From Atractiella rhizophila (lineage: Eukaryota), in contig MU271673.1 in the NCBI GenBank assembly GCA_021432655.1, forward strand, positions 1-33,289: a DNA stretch of 33,289 nt, read 5' to 3'. The position numbers were made by a program, and so were the translations under genes. Numbering within the stretch: the stretch's first letter is position 1; each line of letters begins with the position of its first letter. Under the pieces are notes generated by a model, which ran no database searches, had not been told where the DNA came from, and saw only the letters and a program-made list of their open reading frames with translations. Positions 19,301 to 32,446 of the stretch are shown here, piece by piece.

Positions 19301-22300
19301 TTTGCTCAAGCCTGCCTGGCAGCTGAGGCAAGGTGTTGCGACCTACCGCACTCGCTCGCAGGATCACAAGCTTTACCTCCGTCTCGATAACAAGTTCATC
19401 GACGAGGCGGAGCTTTCCCTTACGAAAGGCCTTCCTACTAGAATCGACTGCGAAGTGGTAAACACCGATCGGGCTCTGGGCACCACGCTTTCTAACCGCG
19501 TCTCTAAGAAATACGGAGAAGAAGGGCTGCCGAAGGACACTATTCACATCAACGCTAAAGGGTCTGCTGGTCAGTCATTGGGAGCCTTCCTTGCTCCGGG
19601 TATTACGATCGAACTCGAAGGAGACGCAAATGACTACGTCGGCAAGGGTTTGTCAGGCGGACGCTTGATTGTCTATCCTCCTAAGAACTCAACTTTCAAA
19701 CCCGAGGAGAACATCATCATAGGAAATGTCTGTTTATACGGCGCAACATCGGGAGAAGCCTTCTTCCGAGGAGTAGCAGCGGAGCGTTTTGCGGTTCGAA
19801 ATTCTGGGGCGAACGCAGTTGTTGAAGGTGTTGGAGATCATGGTTGCGAGTATATGACGGGAGGAAGAGTTGTTATCCTTGGCCCGACTGGTCGAAACTT
19901 CGCTGCTGGTATGAGCGGAGGCATTGCCTACGTCCTCGATATCGCGAAGCAGTTTGAGCTCAACGTGAACATGGAAATGGTCGAGCTTGGAGAAATCACG
20001 GATCCTCACGAGATCGCTGAGCTTCGAACGATGATTGAAGACCACAAACACTGGACCGGCTCTCGTCTAGCTACCAGGATTCTGGACGACTTCAACCACA
20101 TGCTGACGCACTTCGTCCGCGTCATGCCCTCGGACTACAAAAAAGTGCTCGAAGCGGAAGCTGCCGCTGCACTGGCAGAGAAGAAGCGAAAAGCCAGCAA
20201 CCTCGAGGTCAACGAAGTTATGGCGCATCTCACTCCGACTATCGAGGAACCACCAGCTTACATGGAGAAGAAACCGGATAATCGTGTGATGGATCTCGAG
20301 GACTCCATGTTGGATGGAGAGGGAGCTCAGACAGCGATGGCAAAGATGGACAAGGTTCGAGGCTTTATGAAGTATAAGCGGCTCGGCGAGAGCTATCGAA
20401 CCCCAAGGAAACGCGTCAAAGACTGGGAGGAGCTCTCTACCCGGCTCACACCAGCTCAGCTGAAGCAACAGACTGCGAGGTGTATGGATTGTGGTGTCCC
20501 CTTCTGCCAGTCAGACACAGGTTGTCCGATCTCTAACCTCATTCCAAAGTGGAACGACTTGGTCTTTAATAACCGTTGGGAGGAAGCACTTAACCGTTTA
20601 CTGCTCACCAACAAGTGCGTCCGCTTTGATTTCTTTACACGGTCTAACTTGGCAATAGTTTCCCAGAGTTCACTGGTCGCGTTTGCCCTGCTCCGTGCGA
20701 AGGCGCTTGCGTGCTCGGTATCAATGAAGCTCCTGTCGGAATCAAGAGCGTTGAGTGTGCGATCATCGATAAAGGTTTCGAAGAGGGCTGGATGGTCCCT
20801 AGGCCTCCTCAGCATCGAACAGGTCGTAAGGTCGCAATCATTGGCTCAGGTCCTGCTGGACTTGCCGCTGCCGATCAACTCAACAAAGCCGGGCATACCG
20901 TCACTGTCTACGACAGAAACGACAGGATGGGTGGCCTCTTGATGTATGGTATCCCGTGAGTCTACCCTTCCATGCCAGATTGTAGGTCCTTACTTGAAGG
21001 TGATATCAGTAATATGAAACTGGACAAGAAGATTGTTCAGCGTCGTTTGGATCTTATGCACGCTGAAGGCGTGGAGTTCGTCCCCAACTCCCATATGGAT
21101 CTCGAGGACTCCATGTTGGATGGAGAGGGAGCTCAGACAGCGATGGCAAAGATGGACAAGGTTCGAGGCTTTATGAAGTATAAGCGGCTCGGCGAGAGCT
21201 ATCGAACCCCAAGGAAACGCGTCAAAGACTGGGAGGAGCTCTCTACCCGGCTCACACCAGCTCAGCTGAAGCAACAGACTGCGAGGTGTATGGATTGTGG
21301 TGTCCCCTTCTGCCAGTCAGACACAGGTTGTCCGATCTCTAACCTCATTCCAAAGTGGAACGACTTGGTCTTTAATAACCGTTGGGAGGAAGCACTTAAC
21401 CGTTTACTGCTCACCAACAAGTGCGTCCGCTTTGATTTCTTTACACGGTCTAACTTGGCAATAGTTTCCCAGAGTTCACTGGTCGCGTTTGCCCTGCTCC
21501 GTGCGAAGGCGCTTGCGTGCTCGGTATCAATGAAGCTCCTGTCGGAATCAAGAGCGTTGAGTGTGCGATCATCGATAAAGGTTTCGAAGAGGGCTGGATG
21601 GTCCCTAGGCCTCCTCAGCATCGAACAGGTCGTAAGGTCGCAATCATTGGCTCAGGTCCTGCTGGACTTGCCGCTGCCGATCAACTCAACAAAGCCGGGC
21701 ATACCGTCACTGTCTACGACAGAAACGACAGGATGGGTGGCCTCTTGATGTATGGTATCCCGTGAGTCTACCCTTCCATGCCAGATTGTAGGTCCTTACT
21801 TGAAGGTGATATCAGTAATATGAAACTGGACAAGAAGATTGTTCAGCGTCGTTTGGATCTTATGCACGCTGAAGGCGTGGAGTTCGTCCCCAACTCCCAT
21901 GTTGGGGTCAACGTCGACGCAAACAAGCTTCGTCAAGAGAATGACGCTCTTATCGTCGCTACTGGCGCTACTTGGCCACGGGACCTCAAACTTCCTAACA
22001 GGAATCTCGACGGAATACATGTCAGTCCGTCTTTGTTGCTCAAAATGTCTGCTTACGTTGTTTTCATTCTTAGTTTGCTATGGAATTCCTGCAGAAGAAT
22101 ACCTCTTCTCTCTTGGACTCCCAATTGAAAGACGATAAGTACCTCTCTGCCGCCAACAAACACGTCATTGTCATTGGTGGTGGTGACACTGGTAACGATT
22201 GCATTGGGTTCGTGTCCCCTTCAATATGTAAACAAAAGGTTGACCATGCACGTAGAACCTCGATGCGCCATGGAGCTAAATCTGTGGTCAATTTCGAGCT

Positions 22301-23122
22301 GTGCGTTACCCCATTTCCATGAATGAAGCAACCTAATACACCTCACAGCCTTCCACAACCAACCGAAGGAAGAGCGAACAATAATCCCTGGCCACAATGG
22401 CCCAGGATATTCCGCGTCGACTATGGTCATACCGAAGGTTTGTGTCCATCCTCATTCTCAGCTTTTTCTCATGTATATTTCAGTTTCCTCGCACTTTGGG
22501 AAGGACCCTCGAGAGTTCTGCATCTCCACCAAGTTTGTCTTTATCCCCATCACAGTTAATATATGCTTATCGAATCGTTTATAGGGAGTTTGTCAGTGAT
22601 GAGAATGGGCACATTAAGGGCATCAACACTGTTCGCGTCGAATGGAACCAAGACAACAACGGCCAATTTCGGATGAAAGAGGTCCCAGGCTCCGAACAAT
22701 ATTTCCCTTGCGATCTCTGTAGGTCTAACTATGGTACAGGACAGTGTGATACTGACACTGACGGTTAGGTCTCCTCGCCCTAGGATTTTTAGGCCCTGAG
22801 GAAGCTTGCGTCAAGAGCTTGGGTCTGGAGCAAGATGCAAGGACCAATATCAAAACGCCTTACAAACGGTACGCCACGAACGTTGAGGGAGTTTTTGCTG
22901 CTGGTGATTGTCGAAGAGGACAATCGTATGTGATCACTTACTTCCACAATCACCCAAACTTACCACTTCATTGTCAGACTCATTGTTTGGGGCATTCAAG
23001 AAGGCAGAGCCTCTGCGGTCGAGGTAGACGAGTACCTGATGAGAAATGAGGGCCAGTGGTCGAAGAGGGAAACGAGGTTGGCATGGGCGGGCAGTATCAA
23101 GAAGAGGAATTTCTCCTCCTAC
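14738..23122 (+). CDS. GLT1: NADH-dependent glutamate synthase (fused alpha+beta type), many introns; 3' end runs into the N gap; contains an internal 806-bp duplication
   Basis: [98 protein letters not shown] domain ([18 protein letters not shown]), [62 protein letters not shown]. Confidence 0.97.
20289..21900. repeat. Exact 806-bp direct tandem duplication inside GLT1 (20289-21094 = 21095-21900)
   Basis: Both units start ATGGATCTCGAGGAC and end CCCAACTCCCAT. No differences seen; ORF-track translations are identical at offset 806. Confidence 0.97.
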
Positions 23123-23927
23123 NNNNNNNNNNNNNNNNNNNNNNNNNNNNNNNNNNNNNNNNNNNNNNNNNNNNNNNNNNNNNNNNNNNNNNNNNNNNNN
23201 NNNNNNNNNNNNNNNNNNNNNNNNNNNNNNNNNNNNNNNNNNNNNNNNNNNNNNNNNNNNNNNNNNNNNNNNNNNNNNNNNNNNNNNNNNNNNNNNNNNN
23301 NNNNNNNNNNNNNNNNNNNNNNNNNNNNNNNNNNNNNNNNNNNNNNNNNNNNNNNNNNNNNNNNNNNNNNNNNNNNNNNNNNNNNNNNNNNNNNNNNNNN
23401 NNNNNNNNNNNNNNNNNNNNNNNNNNNNNNNNNNNNNNNNNNNNNNNNNNNNNNNNNNNNNNNNNNNNNNNNNNNNNNNNNNNNNNNNNNNNNNNNNNNN
23501 NNNNNNNNNNNNNNNNNNNNNNNNNNNNNNNNNNNNNNNNNNNNNNNNNNNNNNNNNNNNNNNNNNNNNNNNNNNNNNNNNNNNNNNNNNNNNNNNNNNN
23601 NNNNNNNNNNNNNNNNNNNNNNNNNNNNNNNNNNNNNNNNNNNNNNNNNNNNNNNNNNNNNNNNNNNNNNNNNNNNNNNNNNNNNNNNNNNNNNNNNNNN
23701 NNNNNNNNNNNNNNNNNNNNNNNNNNNNNNNNNNNNNNNNNNNNNNNNNNNNNNNNNNNNNNNNNNNNNNNNNNNNNNNNNNNNNNNNNNNNNNNNNNNN
23801 NNNNNNNNNNNNNNNNNNNNNNNNNNNNNNNNNNNNNNNNNNNNNNNNNNNNNNNNNNNNNNNNNNNNNNNNNNNNNNNNNNNNNNNNNNNNNNNNNNNN
23901 NNNNNNNNNNNNNNNNNNNNNNNNNNN
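23123..23927. other. Assembly gap (805 N) hiding the convergent 3' ends of GLT1 and the GH43 gene
   Basis: Run of N from 23123 to 23927; both flanking reading frames are open into it. Confidence 0.99.
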
Positions 23928-24572
23928 GCAGCGTAGTACAGGAGATATTTCCCCCCGATGTAGTAGATGTCAGGGGCCCACAAATCTACAACTCCGTCAA
24001 CACCTCAGCCAATAAGGTTCATGTAAGGAAGAAATCGTGCCTCCGTTTGTGGTCCCAGTGTAGGTGTTGGTGGAAGATGGAGCACCGTTAGGGAAGACAT
24101 ATCCATAAAGCGACCAGTTGGTGCGATCCTGTATGGTAGACCATAATCAATGCTTCCAGCCCGAGTCAAGACAGAAGACGCACAGTGGATGTTCGAATGG
24201 GGAGCTTGTTCCCTGTCGAAATGATGATGTACAGTCCCTACGCATAGCTCATCAGACTACTAAGAGAACAAGGAGGCAATTCACATCAGATCGACGGATC
24301 ATGGCTGGATCATGAACTCCTGAAGTGGCGCCAGTCACCACTCCAGGATTTCTGGGCAAGAGCTAATTGAGAAGAGACGCATAGCGAGAGGCAGAAGACG
24401 AAGTACGGGTATCGTTTCTCGAGCCTTGTTTCCCGTCAGTGTTCTGCATGCTCTGTGAAGAAACACCACACAAGTTGAAGTCATCTGTCCCGTTTCCCAA
24501 AAGGGTTGGGGTAGCTATAACGTGGACGAAAGAAGTGGCAAGACCGAAAAGGGCAAAAATAGCTTTCATCAT
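23928..24572 (-). CDS. Secreted glycoside hydrolase family 43, endo-arabinanase-like (5' part only)
   Basis: Signal peptide MMKAIFALFGLATSFVHVIATP, then spliced NPGVVTGATSGVHDPAMIRRSD (HDP catalytic base), IRTS..DRTNWS, WAPDIYYIGGKYLLYYA running into the gap. Confidence 0.88.
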
Positions 24573-26160
24573 CAGTCTCTTTCGCGTAAAGATGTTAAGG
24601 GCTAATGGCAGCGCGAGCACACGCTTTTAAGCGTGGACCCCCGCAACGGGCTAGTCGGAACACGAACCGTAGAGAGGATATGATTCTGAAGCTGGACAGG
24701 TTGGAAGGAGAGGGAACGGACCGCAAGCGCAGGCAAACACGATGGAGCAGGTGGTCGATGGGTCGTCGCCTTTATGATGCAACCTGGGACTCAGTCATGG
24801 CAGACCAGCAACCTGATTTGAGACGGCCCGGCTAATTGGCAGATTGTAGGGCGAGGTGAAGTCTGTTGCCAGGGGCAGTATTTGAAGCGCCGGGGGTGAT
24901 GGATCAGATATTCACCCTTTCATGGGCCTTCTCCACTTGTTGCCTCAGATTGAGACAGATCACAACATGCAGCAAAACGACGAGCCCATTGGTATCCCAT
25001 AGCTTGGAAATGCGCCGCTTCGCAATGACACGACCCGGGAGCAGGTAGAGTTGCGTAGAGCTAGTGAGGTCGAGATTCCTGTAATTCTGAGAAGGAGTAC
25101 AACAATATTTTACGCAGCCCTACAACTCTCCGTGAGGAACTGTACCTCACAGACCATGAATCAATGATTCAGCATCATGCAGGCTGACACATCACATAGC
25201 TTGAGAAGTCCACAAACAATAATTCCAACATCGAAACCTCCACTCTCTATGATCTTTCAAGACAGTAACATGTATGGTGGTCGCAAAGCAACTATTTTGA
25301 ATCTCTTAGCTAGGAGAATGCCTTCGCCTCCTCCCAGGGTAAAAAAAGCGCACTCAGAACGTGGAAAGTGTGATCTCAAATGATCATCTGGTTTGAAGAA
25401 GTACGAATGAGCTTCAAGTAGACGTATCGAAGTAGCGCAGCTTTGGAGAGCAATGTAGCCATACCTTCAACTAAGAAGCTCTTCCATTGGCGTTCATCAG
25501 AATAACATAATTGACGATGGAATTCAACTTATCTCGCCCAGAGTCACCGATTACTCAAGCCCACCACTTGAAAAATATGGGATCACACAGTGGAGGAGAG
25601 CACATTATCATCCAAATCTGCGCCAATTTAGCATACGTTCTGTTACATTTTGTTTGCTCGGGGTTCTTGCCAACCAGCACCAACCGCACTTGAAATATAG
25701 TGTGATAGACTCACATGGCGTTGTGTTTTCGATCAGCACACACTTAACTAGAACCACCTAGGTATGCCTCATTGCCTTTCCATATGAGTCCTCATACGTT
25801 GTGCAACAAGGAGACATCAAGAGCAGTTTGTCGATCAAAACAGGCGTAGTCAACAAATTTATGGCTGGAGCAATTTCAACTCCTGTTCAACTTTCAAAAT
25901 CTCTTGCTATGCGCAGCCGATCATTTTCGGCGGATCTGAACCTTGAAAGCGCAAAACGTTAGGACACCACAAAGCATCGGAAACACAGTTGATTACGTCG
26001 GAATGCGCCGCCAATGACAACAGGACTTGGGACTAAATGTGAATATCGTGTATTATTGGCGTCATGTACATCACAAATGAGACTCAGAATGTTGCACTGC
26101 ATATTTACCATCCTTCCTTTCTTTGGATCGTCCTCAGATCCACTTCACCTAGACTTTGAA

Positions 26161-27690
26161 TTAAGCAGGAAACCTCCTTGCTGCACTCTCTTCCTTCATG
26201 CTCTCCCTAATCCAACCCACCAAATCCACGATTCCGATTTCACCTTTCGCTTCGTTCTTGGTTAGGCGAAAGAAATGTTCCCTGAGGACTCTGTCCATTC
26301 CGAGGCGTTCCTCTGGCCTAAACGCGAGCGCCCGTTCTAATACCTTCCTCAAAGCGCTAGAGTGCTGAGGGCATGGAGGAGAGGAGAATAGGGAAATCGT
26401 GATTCCGCCTTGAACGATATTGTCGCGTGCTACAGCGAAAGAGAGGGAATCATAAGGGCGCAATGACGTAAGCATTTCTGAATCAAATTGTAGGATAGGT
26501 GAGAAACATTCCACGATTAACGAACCACGAACCATAGAGGAGTATGCCGAAAGCCCACACGTCCGTCTTCTCACTTACGTGCCCTCGTTCCAAGCGTTCG
26601 GGAGAGGAATAGTAGACAACGCTGCTCTCCAGGTCCACCTCCGTCAAAAGGGGATAGCTGGCGGTGTCGTGCGCTGCCTTGATATCCGCCAGAAAAACTG
26701 CATTTTCAAACCCGCCTGCAGGACATTCATCAAAATTGTATTATTAACCAGCAGGCCCCTGAGGTAGAAGAAAAAGAAATGGACATACAGATTTTAACTT
26801 CTCCCTGCGCTCCCAATAAAATATCCTTGCTGCTGAAAGAACTCAAAATGACGCCATTGCGATGCAGAAAAGCTATCCCTTCGCCCACCCTCTTCGCAAT
26901 AAATTTAATCATCTCTTCCTGCATCCCTCTGCACCGTTTAATTGCTTCCGCCAATTTAACGCTTCCCCTGACGTACTCTGAGACCGTCCAATATCCTCCA
27001 GCTATGGGAGAAAAGGGGAATGTGTGTACGCATAAGGGAGAGAGCAGCGACGGATGCGGTGGAAGGACGCAAGAGAAGAGGGGAGAGATGGAGGTCGGTG
27101 GAGAAGTAGGTGTGATCGATCTAGTATAATAGTGTTTGAGGAGGAGGGGGACATCGTCCGTGAGGCGACTGACGACGTAGGACCGGGTGCCACGTTTCCT
27201 ATAGAAGGTCAGCAAGGCAGAAAACAAGGGAAAGGCGAAAGACGAACATGCTGGAAGACAAAAAAACCCAAGAGCGGTAGATTTGTCTCGGATCGATTAT
27301 GTTATTATCGTCTTCCCTCTGCTTCGAATTGTAGGGGCGAAGAAAAACGTCTGCTTCTTCCACTTCATTCCCATTCCCTTGTTCCTCCATCTCCATCTCC
27401 ATCCCCTCCATTCTCTCAACCTCAGGTACCACCAAAGTCGCTCTCCTCCGTATTACTTGTACGCTCTTTCTCGCTACACTGTGCGAAGGGCTCTGTGCCA
27501 TTCCTTGCTCCTCGTCTAGCTCCAGTTGCCTGATCATCGCCTTCAGCCCTTCTACTTGATTGGCAGGTCCAACAGGTGCAAAATTGCCTCTTGGTCTGCA
27601 TATCCTTCCCCAGAAGCAGTCTGAAGGAACCAGGTATAATTTTCATAAGTCAATGAATCGTACAGGTCTCCAGCCGCTTTTTTAGCATAT
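26161..27690 (-). CDS. Kinase-fold pseudokinase, STE20/PAK-like; start uncertain
   Basis: DPRQIY, LLLK, WTVSEYVRG, GIAFLHRNGVILSSFSSKDILLGAQGEVKI|CGFE, YYSSPERL, KTDVWAFGILLY|EML, LAFRPEERL. HRD and DFG are absent. TAA at 26161-26163. Confidence 0.78.
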
Positions 27691-28952
27691 TGAGCAGCGG
27701 AGAGAATGGATTTTCGAGTTTTCGATGGTAGGGAGTCCATGCTGGATCGTGTCCGCCTGGAAATGGGAGGAAGCAGAATAGCGGAGAAGGGGAGTGAGAC
27801 CGGAGGAAAGAAGGTCGGCTTTTAAGAGACTACAACGGGCGGATGAGCTAGGATCTGGAGTCGGGGGATGAGAACAAGGGTGACGCACCGGTTCCAGATG
27901 CAACGACGTTAAGACTCGGTACGTATGGGTTTGCTAGGCATATGGGAACAAATGACGAGGCGAACGTAGACAATACAAATAAAACTAGGATGAAGCACTT
28001 GTCAAAAGTTTGCTTTATTCAAAATGGACAAGAAAACCGAGCCGAAAAGAAGTGTTCGTTACGGTAGCAAAAGTAACAAAGCCAACGTTCGCTTTCTAAT
28101 ACACAAGCTCATGAGACCTATCAATTCTATTTCATAATGTCCAACAATAGAATGTATGCAGCTTCTTGTTATTTTATTATGAGCTAAGTAGGCATTTTCG
28201 AATAGAACTCCTGATATACATCATTGAAGGACGTAGCTATAACAATACTAGATTCTGCTAACCCTGGATAGCAGTGCAGCTTTCTTGTGTGCAGCCCCAT
28301 GCCAAACTGGACGTGATCCTTGATTCGGAGCAAGTACATCCGTTCAACCCAACTCAGGCCAAAGCAAGTGAAGGCGGACATGGTCATGACCAACAAAAAT
28401 TCATTCCCTGCTATCAAGAAGTACAATCTACTCGCTCGCTGCTGGTGGAATATGATGAGCGGTGATGACCTGAGAGTCCCTTCACGTAGGAACAAGGACA
28501 TCACTTCGAGCTCATAGGGGCTTTTGTCCTAAAATGACATGACCCATCCGTGTTCAAACAAGAAAGACATACATCAGGCTTGATGCCACATGATCCTCTC
28601 AATATTCCACCGTCTTGCTGGGGTACTAATATTCCACTCGTTACGATGCTGGCAACAACATTACGTGCACCTGTCCAGCTTTCAACCTCGTTGGGTTTGT
28701 TCAAGGGTCATACGTATGCAACAGCCCCCTGCAACAGCCCCGTAGACGATACAGAGTGGCGTCAAGGTTAGTAGCGGGATCCAAGAGAGTTGCTTCAGTT
28801 CAGAATGTGAACTGTGCTGATCGTTCCTCATTCTCTCAGCTCGAACAGACAAGATGCATGAACCGCCAAATGGTCATCTAATGCTAATTACGTTAAGAAC
28901 CGTATCGAATATCTACATTTAAACATTGCGCTTTGACCAAAGCAAGCCGTTC

Positions 28953-31035
28953 TCAATCGTCCAGATACTTCGCTGCTCCGTCCTTCATTTCCTTCCACTG
29001 TAAGTTCTTCAACGACTCTTCCATGGCATTAGCCACAAAATCATGAGTCGCCATCATTTCCCACGCGTCCCTCTCCTCCTGCCGCTCTGGCATATCATCG
29101 TCGTCTAAAAAATGTTCGTGTGTGATGGCGCGACTGAGAGTCGACAACAACACGAATAGGAGCTCCCGGAAGGGGGCGGTGCTTACTCGCAGGGTCCGTG
29201 GCAAGTTGCTGTTAAATGCAGAGCGTTTGACCGTGTACGTGTCCATGAGGGTATCCTTGGAATCAAAAGATTTGAGCCGACTGAGGCGCTCGGATTTCTC
29301 AAGCTTGGTAGGTCCGTACCGGAGAATTACCCATACGAGGACGTGAAGAAATGATTGGATGTCGTCGCTGGCAAGGTGCGCACGATCATAGTCCTTCAGC
29401 AATCGGAGAGACAGGAATTGGAACGTCCCCTAAACCACCGTAAGCATTTGTCCTCACTCAGCCAAAAAGAACGCACAGTTCTCTCAGAGGCCCATGCGTC
29501 AATGCGGTCTTTGACCTTTGCGAATTCCCAATCAATAAGCAGTCCCCTAACCTCGTCGCCAGACCGGATGAGGAGTATATTTCCAAAGGAGACATCTCGA
29601 TGAAGAATCTCCGCTTTCTCGAACGCGTCGCGGTGAGCTACAATCCATCAACGTCGGTCTAAATGTAATGGAGCAAACAGAAACGTACCAGTGAAAGCAT
29701 CAGACAAAACTTTTGTCAATTCCCACGTCGACTTGAACCAATTCAACGGCTCTCCCACCTCCTCTAATACAATCCGATAGTGTCTTAGCTTTCGGCCACC
29801 TGCCCCTTCCGCAAATTGGAAACGATTCTGGTCATCGACATCCCCGTGACGGATGACGGTTGCAATGTTCCTTACTTGTTTTGATCTCAGAATTTCATAA
29901 ACATCTCCCTCCTTCCCATATTCCTCCTTCCTCCAAGTGTCCTTCAGGAGAACAACCCTCTTCTCTTTGACCCAGTAAGCGTGATAGCAACGAGTGCCAC
30001 GACCTACAGGCCGACGATGACTACTTGTGAAAGGCTGGGCAAAGATAAATTTTTCGGTATCCACAATGACCTGATAGAGATCAGTCTCCTCCACCAATCC
30101 CAGAGCCTTCCTCGCGTTCGCAGCAGCCGTCTTTCCCTTGACACGCTGAACCGAGGTGTCGTGTCCCCTGTCGGATTTTGGGGCGTGGCTGAAGCGCCAG
30201 AGAAATTCGCCAAGGTAATTTTCCGGGCCATTGATGTCAAAAGAATGAGACACCTCAGTTCCAGCACGGGAATGGCATAGCAGACGAGCCCAGGTGGACT
30301 GAACATAGAACGAAAAGACGCGAGTTCGTGGCTGCATGACTTGAACAGCAGTGTGGTAGAGAGTCACCTGCCCCCGAGTATCCCTCGCATCATCCGTCTG
30401 GGTTTCGAGTTCATGATTATCCCTTGAATCAAAAGGTCGACTGGCAGAACCTGGCTTCACCTCCCCGAAAAGTTCTAGTTTCTTCATATTACAGGCAGTA
30501 AAGCCTGTCTCAGCGTAGAGAGAAAGATCAGGTTTGACTACCGTCTGCTGGTAAATCTTCTCTATCTTGTAGTCAGCATTGACCGACGTATTCACGAGCT
30601 CCCAGCCTGGCGCGAGGAAAGATTGAAGACCGTCAACCTGCCTCATTCTCAAGGTCAGCCTCCTTCTACAAATTCGCGATGCCCCACGAGCGGACCGTAT
30701 TGGGCCTTCTCCTGCTCGCCGGTCATAGCTTTCGGAATGTTAAGCCTCTCGCGCTTGAAACGTCGTTTTGGTAGCATGTTCAGAATCTCCTCCACAGGAA
30801 CCTCCTTGAATTTCCCAGCCATATCCAACTCAGCACGAACGTAGGCGGGCCTCTGCATGGCCGAAAATGAAGACGAATAGCGTGCGCTCGCGTCAGAGGT
30901 AAACTTAAGTGACGTTGCAGAAAGCTGTTCCGACTGTTGAGAGGTGGGTTTGGATGGGGTAGACCATCTTGATTCTGATTCGGAACTAGGTTTAGACCTG
31001 GGTTCCGATGAGGTCTTCCTAGTTTTCAAAGGCAT
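28953..31035 (-). CDS. Fungal-type protein kinase (FunK1 / Pkinase_fungal family)
   Basis: KPD...GEVK, RGQVTLY, GHDTSV, GRGTRCY, VLLKDTWR, HYRIVL, (intron) AHRDAFEKAEILHRDVSFGNILL, GLLIDWEFA, (intron) GTFQFLSLRLL, HLASDDIQSFLHVLVW. ATG at 31035 (MPLKTRK). Confidence 0.9.
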
Positions 31036-31527
31036 CTTTGTGCGCTGTACCAGGTCCACCCCTTGATGGTGGACAAATCGCTCGCTGTGGAGCAAGGAAC
31101 ACAACCCTAACCCTAAATATGGAGGACGCACTGAATGAACGAGAGCGAGTATTTGAAGAAACTGTTTTTTGGTTAGTTTTGGTTTAACTTGCTTGGTGTT
31201 TGGTGTCCTCAGACAATGGACCCTTGGGGACGTGTTGCAAGTGTAGTTTCTTGGTTTCGTTCTTCAGACGTTCAACACTTGTCCAAGGATTAAGGACTGA
31301 AGTATTGGTTAGAAACAGGCCTGCTGGTTAGTTTGTCTCAGAGCGAAGAGCAGGTAATGTTAAAAGTTAGAGCAATCAATTGCAATTGAGGGGGTTGCGG
31401 TTGCTTGAAACTAGCCCGCCATCCATGAGCTCTTTGTTTTGGCTCCACCAATGTTCTCTCTAATGTTTATTGCTGCATTCAGCCAGTTTCAACTCTGGAT
31501 CTGAGCCTGGTCGCTGAACCCGTGCGG

Positions 31528-32446
31528 ATGGCAGCAGTACCATTGACCATGTCACGCCTCGTCTTTCTGTCGTCTTGCACCCACGCAACAGCCGCTCAAG
31601 ACCTCCCGATCTTTAACACGACCAACTGGAACATCGAAGCAGGCCACTTCCGGGCTGTGGACGACGTTGTCCGTGGCGGCAACTCTGTTTCGCGATTAGA
31701 CGTTGTCGGAGGAGGCGAGAAAGGGACCAGACGCGCGCGGTTCTGGGGAACTGTTGGTTTGTCCACCTCACGTCTATCTTAACAACTACTACTGATTGAC
31801 GACGGCGGAAAGACACTTCCACCCTTGGCGGTGCCGGATTCGCTTCCCAGTCGCATACGTTTGAGAAAGCTCTCGATCTCTCCCCTTACACAAGAGGGTT
31901 CCGTCTAAGACTCAAGCGCTCAGCACGTCTAGAGGCCCTCACAGCTTTCACACTCAATCTAAAGGATACACGGCCAGCGAAAGGACCAGATGGGAGGACC
32001 GAGAGCTCAGTGGTACACGAGTACGCTTTTGATGTGAAGAAAGACTTGAAGATAAAGCCGGGAGAGGAGAGGGATCTAATCGTCCCCTGGAACAGCTTCA
32101 AAGAAACTTATAGGGGGAGGGAAGTGCCAAAGAACGGGCGACTAGGATTGAGGAGACAACACATTGTCGAGTTCGTAGCTGTTCTTTTCATTCTAAGAGG
32201 AGGAGTATTGATATCTGACTGTTCGCCTGCTTGTCGATGGGCAGGATTTCGATCATGTGCCGGTCAAATTTCAATAAACAGCATGGAGACTTTGAACTGG
32301 ATTGGATCGGATTGACTGCGCTGCGAGAGTGTGAAGAATGCGAGAAAAGAAGGGAGATGTTATTTTATGGGTCTCTATTCGGCTTATTTTTCGTGATCAT
32401 GTTCTTCTACCGTAATTGGGATGACTTTCATTTGATCTTTAAGTGA
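31528..32446 (+). CDS. CIA30 (complex I intermediate-associated protein 30) domain protein with C-terminal hydrophobic segment
   Basis: FRAVDDVVRGGNSVSRL, ARFWGTV|DTSTLGGAGFASQ, VPWNSFKETYRGRE, |RISIMCRSNFNKQHGDFEL, then LFYGSLFGLFFVIMFFY. ATG at 31528 or 31549. Confidence 0.85.

Noticed and set aside
11713..22430. Numerous minus-strand ORFs over GLT1
   Set aside because: Antisense shadows of the coding exons with no independent motifs.
22934..24091. Long ORFs spanning the N run
   Set aside because: Artefacts of translating N; only the flanks are real GLT1 and GH43 sequence.
28184..28771. Cluster of short, partly Cys-rich ORFs on both strands
   Set aside because: Interrupted by stops and no family recognised; possibly a decayed gene but unsupported.
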